A DNA stretch of 47,533 bases from a virus. Position 1 is the stretch's first letter; each line of letters opens with the position of its first letter. The position numbers were made by a program, and so were the translations under genes. The DNA is taken from IMG/VR virus record IMGVR_UViG_2574179724_000001. One strand, 5' to 3'. The notes under the pieces were generated by a model. That model had not been told where the DNA came from, made no database searches, and worked only from the letters and a program-made list of their open reading frames with translations. Positions 25,739 through 34,700 of the stretch are shown piece by piece.

Positions 25739-25957
25739 ATGCACAAAAGAGCTAGAAACCATAAAACCAAGGTGGCTTATGAGGAATTAAGAAAGGAATG
25801 GCTCAAAGCTGGGGACGTATGGGCTTTGCCTATTGTTGAAGATTACAAAGGTGGGTCTGAAAGCTATGAACCACAAGGCAAACGTGAAGCTAGAAAGAAT
25901 GTTGTTATAGGGCTGTTTTACTATAAGTCGAGCAATTTTAACGAGTTGCATTTTTAA
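25739..25957 (+). CDS. Hypothetical protein
   Basis: 72 aa. TAGGAGG RBS before ATG 25739 (the ORF track opens at 25688). Confidence 0.5.
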   Translation: MHKRARNHKTKVAYEELRKEWLKAGDVWALPIVEDYKGGSESYEPQGKREARKNVVIGLFYYKSSNFNELHF

Positions 25958-25976
25958 TCTATAGGAGGCTGTTAAA

Positions 25977-26399
25977 ATGACTAAAAAATATGAAGTAGTT
26001 GATATTGCAGAATTAAAAGAAAAAATTGAGCAATTAGCAACAGACTTAGATACCACAAACGTAGCGGTTTCACGACTTATAGATGACAACGCCAAATCTA
26101 ATCAATCCTTAGCACAAAAAGTTATAGAATCAGCTGCAACAAAAACAGAGAATATGAATTTTGGTGAAGCACTAGAAGCCGTAAAGAATGGCAAAAAAAT
26201 TGCTCGCAAAGGTTGGAATGGTAAAGGACAGTACGTTTTTCTAATTGAGGGTATGGAATTAACTGAATTTATCGTTAAAAATAAATTGGGCGACTTTGCA
26301 ACTGGAGTATTAGCAATTAAGACGTCTAATGGCATAACTCAAGTAGGCTGGCTTGCAAGTCAAACGGATATGCTAGCTAGTGATTGGTATATAGTTTAA
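25977..26399 (+). CDS. DUF2829-domain protein (Tad2-like) with an N-terminal helical extension
   Basis: Residues from about 60: MNFGEALEAVKNGKKIARKGWNGKGQYVFL ... MLASDWYIV. This matches the DUF2829 consensus (F.eAl.a.k.Gkk..R.gW.g...y..l ... Dl.a.DW.i). Confidence 0.7.
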   Translation: MTKKYEVVDIAELKEKIEQLATDLDTTNVAVSRLIDDNAKSNQSLAQKVIESAATKTENMNFGEALEAVKNGKKIARKGWNGKGQYVFLIEGMELTEFIVKNKLGDFATGVLAIKTSNGITQVGWLASQTDMLASDWYIV

Positions 26400-26430
26400 T
26401 TATCTTGACCCGAGTAGGTCACTAAACTGC

Positions 26431-26553
26431 TTAAATTAAATAGCATGCGTGGGTCTGCTGAAGATACCACGATTAAATTAGCACAATGTGTGGGGCTTAA
26501 TTGCAATGCATGGGGTGCTTTTTTTGTGGCCTGAATTAACAGAAATGCGTGGG
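26431..26553 (+). repeat. Four degenerate direct repeats upstream of the scaffold/capsid operon
   Basis: ATGCGTGGG (26445-53 and 26545-53), ATGTGTGGGG (26486-95) and ATGCATGGGG (26506-15). Each is preceded by a TTAAATTA/TTAATT/GAATTAA element. Confidence 0.6.
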
Positions 26554-26570
26554 CGAAAGGAGTTTTTACA

Positions 26571-27233
26571 ATGAAAAAGCTACTAAAGATGAATTTACAA
26601 ATGTTTGCTGAGGGTGATGGCCCTCAAGGCGGAGGAGATCCAGCACCTGTTGACCCAACACCGGTAGATCCTAAGCCTAATGATCCCAACCCAGCTGGCC
26701 CTAAGCCTAATGATCCGGCACCAAAGCCGTTTAAGTCATTTGCTGATGAAAAAGAATTGCAAGCCTATACTGATAAGCTAATTCAGAGTGCAATTAAGAC
26801 TCACGATGAGAAGAAAGCTATCGAAGGGCGGCAGAAGAAGTCTTATGAGAAAATGACTGACTTGGAAAAAGCACATTATGACAAAGAACAGCTTCAAAAA
26901 CAGCTAGCCGAGTCACAAACTCACGCTAAGGTGGTTGAAAATCGTGCGAAGATTACTGAGCGATTAGGCTCAGATGATTTGCCGACTGGCTTAATCAGTG
27001 TATTTAGTGAAGGCGTGTTAGCTAATGATGAACAGCTTGAAGAAGCTTACAAGAACGTGTCTAAGGTGTTCACTGAAAGCTTACAAAAAGCTATCGACAA
27101 GCGGATTGCTGGTTCAAGTACAACAGTTACCAGCGGAGCAAACGGGGCAAAGAAATCTGAGGGAGCAACAGTCGCAGAACAGTTCAATAAACAACAGCAG
27201 CCTATTAAAACAAACTTTTGGGCTACTAAATAA
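26571..27233 (+). CDS. Scaffolding protein with a Prp-type N-terminal propeptide
   Basis: The MKKLLKMNLQMFA-EGDG N-terminus resembles the L27/80alpha scaffold KLNLQFFA cleavage motif. Pro-rich then coiled-coil. Directly upstream of the capsid genes. Confidence 0.75.
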   Translation: MKKLLKMNLQMFAEGDGPQGGGDPAPVDPTPVDPKPNDPNPAGPKPNDPAPKPFKSFADEKELQAYTDKLIQSAIKTHDEKKAIEGRQKKSYEKMTDLEKAHYDKEQLQKQLAESQTHAKVVENRAKITERLGSDDLPTGLISVFSEGVLANDEQLEEAYKNVSKVFTESLQKAIDKRIAGSSTTVTSGANGAKKSEGATVAEQFNKQQQPIKTNFWATK

Positions 27234-27246
27234 GGAGGAATTTTAA

Positions 27247-27588
27247 ATGGCTTATGTAAAAGCAACAGAAACAGTTAATGAAACTAACTTTTTAGCTTCA
27301 GAAAAATTTGTATCTTTTCCACGTCAAGTGGATTCAACTAGCTATGCAGTAACAACAGATGGTCGTGGGCACAAAGTTATCCCAGCGGGTACTGTTTATC
27401 CAACTAACGATGCTAGTGCAGAGGGCGTGACAATTGATGAAGTTGACGTAACTAATGGTGCACAACCTGTTGGTGTTATCGTTGATGGATTCATTTATGG
27501 TAAGAAGTTGCCAGTTGAACCCGCGACAGCTGCTATTACTGCATTGAAACGGATCACGTTTGTTGATGAAACTGTATCAGCAGGCTAA
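27247..27588 (+). CDS. Capsid-associated protein (possible head decoration protein)
   Basis: 113 aa between scaffold and major capsid. AAGGAGG RBS. Assigned by position only. Confidence 0.4.
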   Translation: MAYVKATETVNETNFLASEKFVSFPRQVDSTSYAVTTDGRGHKVIPAGTVYPTNDASAEGVTIDEVDVTNGAQPVGVIVDGFIYGKKLPVEPATAAITALKRITFVDETVSAG

Positions 27589-27610
27589 TTAAAAAAGGAG
27601 GAATGTTTAA

Positions 27611-28621
27611 ATGACAACAATTGGAGATTTATTTTCACAACATGATTTAATTGACTATTCTTTGAATCGTCAATATCCTGTATTACTCGGAGATAGCCTA
27701 TTTGAACCAAAAAAGGTTAATTCACTAACAGTAGATGTTCTTAATCGTCAAAATCGTGTTCCAGTTATTGCTTCGGTGGCAGCATTTGATGCAGAAGCTG
27801 AGATTGGTAGCCGTGAAGCATCTAAAAAGGTAGAGGAACTTGCATTAATCAAGCGTAAAATGAAGATTTCAGAAAAAGATTTATACGCAATGCTCAACCC
27901 ACGTACACCCGCTGAATTAACATATCTCAAGAGCCATGTATTCAATGATTTTGATGTCCTTAATCAAGGAATTCTTGCTCGTGTTGAAAAGATGACATTC
28001 GATGTTCTTTCAACAGGTAAAACAATCCTAGCCGATGAAAACAATAAGCTGAACATTTCACTTGATTATGGTGTTCCTGCTGCGCACCAAGAGGCTTTAT
28101 CAGGTACATCTCTGTGGGATACAGATACTGCTGATATTATAAAGGATATTACACGCTGGTGTGATGCTTTAGATGTCACTCCTACTCGTGCTTTAACAAG
28201 TCGAAAGGTATATCGTGCAATTACTACTAATGCAAAGGTATTGCAAGCAGTATTTGGTACTTCAACACGTGCTCTTGGCCAAGCTGAATTCGATCAATTC
28301 ATGCAGTTACAAGGTTTACCAATCATTCGCACATACGACCAAAAGTACAAGGATGGTTCGGGCAATTCATACCGTTATTTCCCTGAAAACCGTATTGTGT
28401 TGATGAATGACGACCCATTGGGCAACAAATTATTTGGACCTACTCCAGAAGAACTTGCTCAATTTAATGGAGATGTGCAGTTAAACTCTGTTGGAAACGT
28501 TTATGACATGATTTACACAGAAGATAAAGACCCAGTCATCACATGGGAAAAGGCCTCTGCCGTTGCATTGCCAGCTTTTGCCGCTGCTGATGAAGTGTTC
28601 CAAGCACAAGTTTTAGCCTAA
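27611..28621 (+). CDS. Major capsid protein
   Basis: 336 aa. Strong AAGGAGG RBS. Position after the scaffold. Length and composition fit the major capsid E-like family. Confidence 0.8.
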   Translation: MTTIGDLFSQHDLIDYSLNRQYPVLLGDSLFEPKKVNSLTVDVLNRQNRVPVIASVAAFDAEAEIGSREASKKVEELALIKRKMKISEKDLYAMLNPRTPAELTYLKSHVFNDFDVLNQGILARVEKMTFDVLSTGKTILADENNKLNISLDYGVPAAHQEALSGTSLWDTDTADIIKDITRWCDALDVTPTRALTSRKVYRAITTNAKVLQAVFGTSTRALGQAEFDQFMQLQGLPIIRTYDQKYKDGSGNSYRYFPENRIVLMNDDPLGNKLFGPTPEELAQFNGDVQLNSVGNVYDMIYTEDKDPVITWEKASAVALPAFAAADEVFQAQVLA

Positions 28622-28633
28622 GAGGTGTTTTAA

Positions 28634-28786
28634 ATGAAAGTTAAAGTTAAAGGTATGCCTGTTAGGCATAACGGTAAACGTTATAAAAAGAATGAGGAGC
28701 TTGTCATTGAGCAAAAGCATTTCAATGATGAGCTTTTTGTTTGCCTTGATTCAGGCAAGAAAGAAAAACAGCCAGCCAAAAAATAG
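28634..28786 (+). CDS. Small basic hypothetical protein (50 aa)
   Basis: AAGAGGTG RBS before ATG 28634. MKVKVKGMPVRHNGKRYKKNEELVIEQ... Below the ORF-track cutoff. Confidence 0.5.
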   Translation: MKVKVKGMPVRHNGKRYKKNEELVIEQKHFNDELFVCLDSGKKEKQPAKK

Positions 28787-28798
28787 AGGTGATTGTTT

Positions 28799-29137
28799 AT
28801 GCCAGCACCAAGTCCGCCAGACAAGGCGGGGCAACTTACTAAGTTGTATGCACGATTAGGAGTGACTACTGATTCAGACGATGCAGTAGTTGTCTCGGAT
28901 ATGTTTGACGATGCTATCCAGATGTGTCTTGACTACACCAACCGCGCTGATTTCACTACGCCAATCTTGATTCAGGCTAAACGATTAGCGATTGTCATGT
29001 ATAACCAACAGGCTGATGAGGGCGAAACTGCTCGGTCAGAAGGTGGTGTGTCACAGACGTTTGAAACAGGCATTCCAGCCAATATTATAGCTGCACTTAC
29101 ACCATATCGAGTTGGTAAAGTGAGGGGATTTTCATGA
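28799..29137 (+). CDS. Head-tail connector / DNA-packaging adaptor (gp6-like)
   Basis: Position directly after the capsid. About 112 aa. AIQMCLDYTNR-type connector motif. Confidence 0.6.
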   Translation: MPAPSPPDKAGQLTKLYARLGVTTDSDDAVVVSDMFDDAIQMCLDYTNRADFTTPILIQAKRLAIVMYNQQADEGETARSEGGVSQTFETGIPANIIAALTPYRVGKVRGFS

Positions 29138-29493
29138 GATTAAGGTTCGGAGATTTAACTACCGTCTATGTTAGAAAGCCACAGCAGACAGTTGACAATG
29201 AGGGCAATATCATCACAGGCGGTTGGTCAGATCCAATTGAAATCAAAATGAATGTTCAGAGTGCCGGTGGCCAAGTTAATGCACAGGTGTGGGGCAAACA
29301 GCTTAAATACATTAAGTCATGCAAGTACCAAGGCAATGTGCTTAACGAAAACGAAAGTGAAAACTGGGGTGTTTGCTTAAATGTAGTCAAAACTGATGAG
29401 CCAGACTATCTAATCAATCAAGTCCAGACGTATTCAACTCATAAAAATATCACACTTGAAAAACGTGACCAGGGGAGTGACGACGATGGCTGA
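29134..29493 (+). CDS. Head closure / head-tail adaptor protein
   Basis: 119 aa. Overlapping start-stop coupling within the connector gene string. Confidence 0.55.
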   Translation: MRLRFGDLTTVYVRKPQQTVDNEGNIITGGWSDPIEIKMNVQSAGGQVNAQVWGKQLKYIKSCKYQGNVLNENESENWGVCLNVVKTDEPDYLINQVQTYSTHKNITLEKRDQGSDDDG

Positions 29494-30034
29494 TATTGAG
29501 ATTAAAGGGCTAGATAGTTTGAAAGCTAAATTGCAAAAGCTACCTAGCATTTTTCATGATTCTATCTGGGATGGCGCTTTTGATGTAGCTGAGAAAGCTG
29601 AGGGCTATGCAGTTAAAGAGCTTCAATCATCTGTTAAACATGGCACTGGTGAATTAGCACGTAGCTTGAAGTATGAAGTTGTTGAAAAAGATGGCAAGAT
29701 AGTTGGTCGTGTTTGGACAGACGACAAGATTGGGGTTTTTAGAGAATTAGGAACTGGTCTTGTTGGACAAGAATCACCTAAAAAACTGCCTGATGGATTT
29801 GAGCCGTCGTATCGACAGACACCGTGGTTTATTCCAGCTGACAAAGTAGATGTTGATTTAAATGCTATCTATGGCATGCCTAAGATTGTCATAAAAGGTA
29901 AGACATATTATCGCACCAAAGGACAACCGGCACGGCAATTTTTAACACCGGCTATTGATCAGACGTCCGATGAAGCTGACCAGATTGTTGTTAATCGAAT
30001 TAACACAGCTTTGCATAACAAGTTGGGGGGTTAG
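29486..30034 (+). CDS. HK97 gp10-family tail-component protein
   Basis: MADIEIKGL...GTGELARSL...ARQFLTPA pattern of the gp10 family. ATG 29486 (the ORF track opens at 29456). Confidence 0.65.
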   Translation: MADIEIKGLDSLKAKLQKLPSIFHDSIWDGAFDVAEKAEGYAVKELQSSVKHGTGELARSLKYEVVEKDGKIVGRVWTDDKIGVFRELGTGLVGQESPKKLPDGFEPSYRQTPWFIPADKVDVDLNAIYGMPKIVIKGKTYYRTKGQPARQFLTPAIDQTSDEADQIVVNRINTALHNKLGG

Positions 30035-30037
30035 CAG

Positions 30038-30403
30038 ATGGATATAATCAATATGAAAACAATAGCGTATCAAACTATTAAGTCGGTTACAGACATCAAG
30101 CTTGTCACAACTAACTATCCTGATACATTCACTGTTTACCCTACTGCAATATATTCAGCAGAACACAAAAGCCATTTTAGAGATTCGAGTATGAACGAGT
30201 TGCAAACGGAATGGACCATTACAGTAGACATCTTTAAAGATCAAGGAAGTTTAACAGACATTACAAATAAGCTCATAGCGCTTTTTAGTGCTATGGGCTT
30301 TTCTAATGATGTCGGTGATGAAAACTTGAACGGTATTTCAAGAGTATTTATCAAATTTACAGGAATTGTAGATAACGAAATGAACAGAGTTTACGAAAAC
30401 TAA
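30038..30403 (+). CDS. Tail completion / tail terminator protein
   Basis: 121 aa immediately upstream of the major tail protein. Assigned by position. Confidence 0.5.
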   Translation: MDIINMKTIAYQTIKSVTDIKLVTTNYPDTFTVYPTAIYSAEHKSHFRDSSMNELQTEWTITVDIFKDQGSLTDITNKLIALFSAMGFSNDVGDENLNGISRVFIKFTGIVDNEMNRVYEN

Positions 30404-30416
30404 GGAGGAATAATTA

Positions 30417-30878
30417 ATGGTTAATATTGATTTACAAAAATTTGCAGTTGATCCAAGCGATGGGTTGGTTGCGACAGGAACAACACTGGGGATGTCCACA
30501 GATGGTACATCTTTTACAACTATCGCGGGTTTGAAAACAGTACCCGACATCGGTGCTGACCCAGAAACAGTTGATGTTACTGATTTATCTGATACTAAAA
30601 AGAAAAGTGTTGCGGGTATTGAAAATACGCAAAACCTTGCTCTTGCTTGCGTTTATAAAGGCACTAACTTTGCAGATCTAATTTCTAAATCAGGCGACGG
30701 AAATCAATATCATTGGAAGGTGACTTATCCAGACGGTTTAGTAGCAACATTCCAAGGGTCATTTACTTTGAAAATTGGAAATGTTGCAGTTAACGGTGCT
30801 ATGGACTTTACCATCACAGTTGTTGTTTCAGATGGCCCAGATTTTACAGCGCCTAGTACAGGCACGAATGGGCAGTGA
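30417..30878 (+). CDS. Major tail protein
   Basis: 153 aa. AAGGAGG RBS. Position before the G/GT chaperones and the tape measure. Confidence 0.75.
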   Translation: MVNIDLQKFAVDPSDGLVATGTTLGMSTDGTSFTTIAGLKTVPDIGADPETVDVTDLSDTKKKSVAGIENTQNLALACVYKGTNFADLISKSGDGNQYHWKVTYPDGLVATFQGSFTLKIGNVAVNGAMDFTITVVVSDGPDFTAPSTGTNGQ

Positions 30879-30975
30879 TAGTCAGACGGTAGCTAACTAA
30901 TCGATTCAACATATAGTCGCCTTTGAAATACACAATAGCTTATGCGGCGGCTTTTAAAATTAGGAGGAAATGTAT

Positions 30976-31359
30976 ATGCCAGTAAAAAAAGCAACAAAAG
31001 AAATTAACTTTGGTGGATTAAATCTTGAATTAAAGCTTGGAGCACGCGACATTTTAGAGATTGAAAAACGCTTAGGCAAATCTATGATGTCATTATTCAT
31101 GAGTGGTGACGGAGAGATGAAATTGCCACCTATTAATGAAATTTTGATTGTATTGCAAGGCGCTAATCAAGTTCACGGTGTGACCGATAACGATATTTTT
31201 AAGGCTTTTGAAAAGTATCTGGATGAAGGACATTCACCAATGGATTTGTTTAAAGTGCTAACTGATTTATTTCAAGAATCAGGTTTTTTCGGCAAAAAGG
31301 ATTTGGGTTCGAAGACAGCTTCGGAATCTCGACTGAGCCTGCTAGACAACAATCAGTAA
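30976..31359 (+). CDS. Tail assembly chaperone (gpG-like)
   Basis: Position upstream of the tape measure. AGGAGG RBS favours ATG 30976. Contains the slippery site near its 3' end. Confidence 0.7.
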   Translation: MPVKKATKEINFGGLNLELKLGARDILEIEKRLGKSMMSLFMSGDGEMKLPPINEILIVLQGANQVHGVTDNDIFKAFEKYLDEGHSPMDLFKVLTDLFQESGFFGKKDLGSKTASESRLSLLDNNQ

Positions 31360-31733
31360 ACAACTATCAAACGATAAGTGAACTGTTAAGAGCTATCTAT
31401 CCGGTTGCTGTCCAGTATGGTGTTGATGCAGAACAGTTTTGGGAAATGAGCTTTGAAGAAATCATGGTTCAGACACTTGCTAATCGCAAAAATCGAGTGG
31501 ATGAAATGAAATTTAGAGCAATGATGGATCATCAGCAGGCAAATCTAATGTCTTATGCGTTCAATGATCCAAGCAAAATGCCTAAAGTTGAAGAGGCTTA
31601 TCCTTTTTTGAAAGATGAGCAGAAAAAGCAAGCTGAACAAGTACCGCAATGGAAAATAAATCAGTTAAAGATGATAGCTAGGGCTAAGCAAATTAAGCAA
31701 GCTAGAAAAAAGTTACAGAAAGGAAGTGAATAA
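30976..31733 (+). CDS. Tail assembly chaperone G-T fusion made by -1 programmed frameshift
   Basis: The -1 frame is open from the slippery heptamer at 31284-31290 through 31733 (read by hand, no stops). The ORF 31446..31733 has no RBS of its own. Confidence 0.6.
31284..31290 (+). promoter_or_regulatory. -1 ribosomal frameshift slippery heptamer T_TTT_TTC
   Basis: In the zero frame GGT TTT TTC GGC, so X_XXY_YYZ = T TTT TTC. A second candidate, AAAAAG, follows at 31293-98. Confidence 0.55.
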
Positions 31734-31734
31734 C

Positions 31735-34700
31735 GTGGAATTAGAGGAACTTGAGGTCCTTTTTAAAGTCAATACTGCACAAATCCAGCCTATGTTAGAT
31801 AAGTTGCAAGAAGCTTTTAGTAACGTAACTGGCAAGATTGCTGACACTACAAAAAGTGGCATGCAAAAAACAGAAGATTCAATGAACATTTCCAGCGGCT
31901 TGAAAAAGGTTCAAGAACAGATTAAACAGCTTAACGAAACAGTAAGTACTTCATTTGAAAAGATGTCTGATACCACTAAAAGTGATGCTGCTAAGATTAG
32001 CCAAAATGCTAGCAAAATGTTCAGTGGAACAAAACAAAAGGTTAGTACAGATTTACAATCGATTGTTTCTGAGATCAATACAAAAATGCAACAAGCTCGT
32101 GCAGCTCAGGCTAAAGTAAATGAGCTTCTTGGGCGGAAAAATTCTCTAAGCAATGAACAGCAAAATGGCAAGCAAGGAGTTAAGATTGACAACCAAGTAG
32201 CTTCAGCACAGGCTCAAATGACACGTTATCAGAATCAAGCTAAAGCGTTAGCACAAGCGATGCAACGTGAGTTCAACGCAATCCCCGATTCATTAAAACG
32301 AATTAGCACTGCTATGGATCAAAACGAAGGCAAAATTAATACTCTGAGAAGTCAACTAAAAAGGTTACAGCAATCTTATGAAGATGTTCAAGGTGCCGCA
32401 CAAGTTGCCCCTGGAAACAAAAGAACACAAGCTAACCTAACATCGCTTGAAAAGTCAATGATGTCGACACGGGACAAAATGAACAAACTTATTAGTGGTA
32501 ATGATGAACTTGCACAGTCTTATGCTTACATTGAGGATCGTGCAAAGCCACTTAAAGCTGCACTTGCACAAGTGGATACAGAGTTAGGTTCAACCGCAGC
32601 CGTGGCAAGCAAATCTTCAAGTGTGTTTAGCCGTTTAGGTGGTTCAATGGGTAATTTTGGTAATCGTATGCGCAATATTGGCAGCTCTATCCGTGAAGCA
32701 ACAAGTGGAATGAGATTGTTTGGAAGTTCCAGCGAGATGTCAATGAATCGCGCTAGCCGTGCCGGCCGAAGCTGCTATGGAGTTTTAAGTAGTATCCGCC
32801 AGCAATTAGTATTTTTACCGTCAATGTTGCTTGTCTATGGCCTGCTGTACAATGGCATAACAAATATGGCCAGTGGCATGTTGTCAGCACTAAAAACTAA
32901 TCAGCAGTTTGCTACTAGCCTTAATCAGATAAAAGTAAACCTTTTAACTGCTTTTTACCCGATTTATTCAGCCGTTTTACCAGCAATTAATGCTATGATG
33001 TCGGCGATTTCTAAAGCAACATCTTGGATAGCACAATTTACATCTGCGTTGTTTGGAATGAACTATTCTACAGCTAAAAAAGGAGCTTCTAGCCTATATT
33101 CACAAATTCAGGCAATGAATGATACAAGTTCAGCATCTTCTAAGTCGTCTAAGGCAATTAAGGAAGCTAACAAGCAAATCACTGCTTCAAACAAAGCTAA
33201 TGCTGAAGCGGTCAAAAAAGCGAACGAACAAATTAAAGCTTCGAATCGGACTGGTGCTGCTCAAGTTAAAGAGGCTAATAAGCAGATTACGGCATCTAAC
33301 AAAGCTGCTGAAGCATCTTATGAACAGCAAAAGAAAGCTGCACAAGATTTAGCTGACTCCCTAATGGGATTCGATGAACTCAATATTCTTGACAAAAATC
33401 AGTCTAATGATATCCAAAAACCTGATAAACAATCACTTGAATCATATGATTCACAGCCAACCGAATCATCACCAGATTCTCAATCACTTGAAAGCTCTGA
33501 TGATGATGGCGATTCAGGCGACAACGGAATTAATTTTGATACACCTAACACTGTATTTGGTTCTGCAGGTGACGCTGCTAAGGAACTACAAAAAATTCTT
33601 GGTGAACTGTTTGACCCGATGAAAGAAGCTTGGGATGCTAAAGGACAAGCAGTTATGGACGCTGCCGAATATGCTTGGAAAGAACTAGAACACGCTGTTG
33701 AAGATGTTGGTAAATCATTCATGCACGTTTGGGACAATGGAACTGGCGAAAAAACAGTAGAAAACTTGCTGCAATTGTTAGCTGATATGCTTAATATTAT
33801 CGGTGATATAGCCAAGGCCTTTTCTGAAGCATGGGAAAAAAATGACGCTGGCACTAAGTTGATTCAGACTATTTTCAATTCATTAAACGATGTTTTGAAA
33901 TTAATCCATGACATTGCTACCTCATTTAGACAGGCTTTTAATGACAATAATTTAGGTGAACAAATATTCAGTAATCTTATCAAGTTAGCAACTACTTTAG
34001 CTGATATAGTTGGCGATTTCGCCAAAGCGTTTGATGCGGCTTGGGAAAAAGGCAATGCAGGAACTAACCTATTTAAAGCAATTCTAAATTTGGCTAATCA
34101 AGTGCTAGTATTGCTTAATAATATTGCTACTTCTTTCCGCAATGCATTCAACGATGGAACCGGTGAAAAAATATTCTCAAATATACTTGGAATTGCTACA
34201 GATGTATTTAAAATAATTGGCAATTTTGTAGGGCAATTTGATAAAGCTTGGCAACATGGAAATACTGGCACTTCAATCTTCAAAACGTTGCTAGGCATGG
34301 TAAATGACATGCTAGGCGCTTTAAAAGATATGGCTGATTATACGGTTACATGGGCTAAAAAGCTTGATTTCTCACCATTATTGCAATCTATAGACAATTT
34401 ATTACAAGCAATCAGACCAATAGCTAAAGATGTTTGGGATGGGGTTGCTTGGGGATATGAAAATGTCTTATTGCCCCTTGCTAAATTCACCATTACAGAA
34501 TTAGTTCCTAACTTCTTAAATCTATTAGCAGCTGCTTTAAAATTAGTCGGTTCAATTATTAACGCAGCTAAGCCAGCATTCCAATGGATATGGGATTCAT
34601 TCTTTGAGCCTATAGCAAAATGGACTGGCGGAGTAATAGTTGGAGTTATGAAAGACTTAACTTCTATTATGAGTGGATTAGCAGATGTTATAGACAAACA

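Noticed and set aside
26431-26553. CRISPR-like array of short repeats
   Set aside because: The repeats are 9-10 nt, degenerate and irregularly spaced (about 20-41 nt). No cas genes are present. They are treated as regulatory direct repeats.
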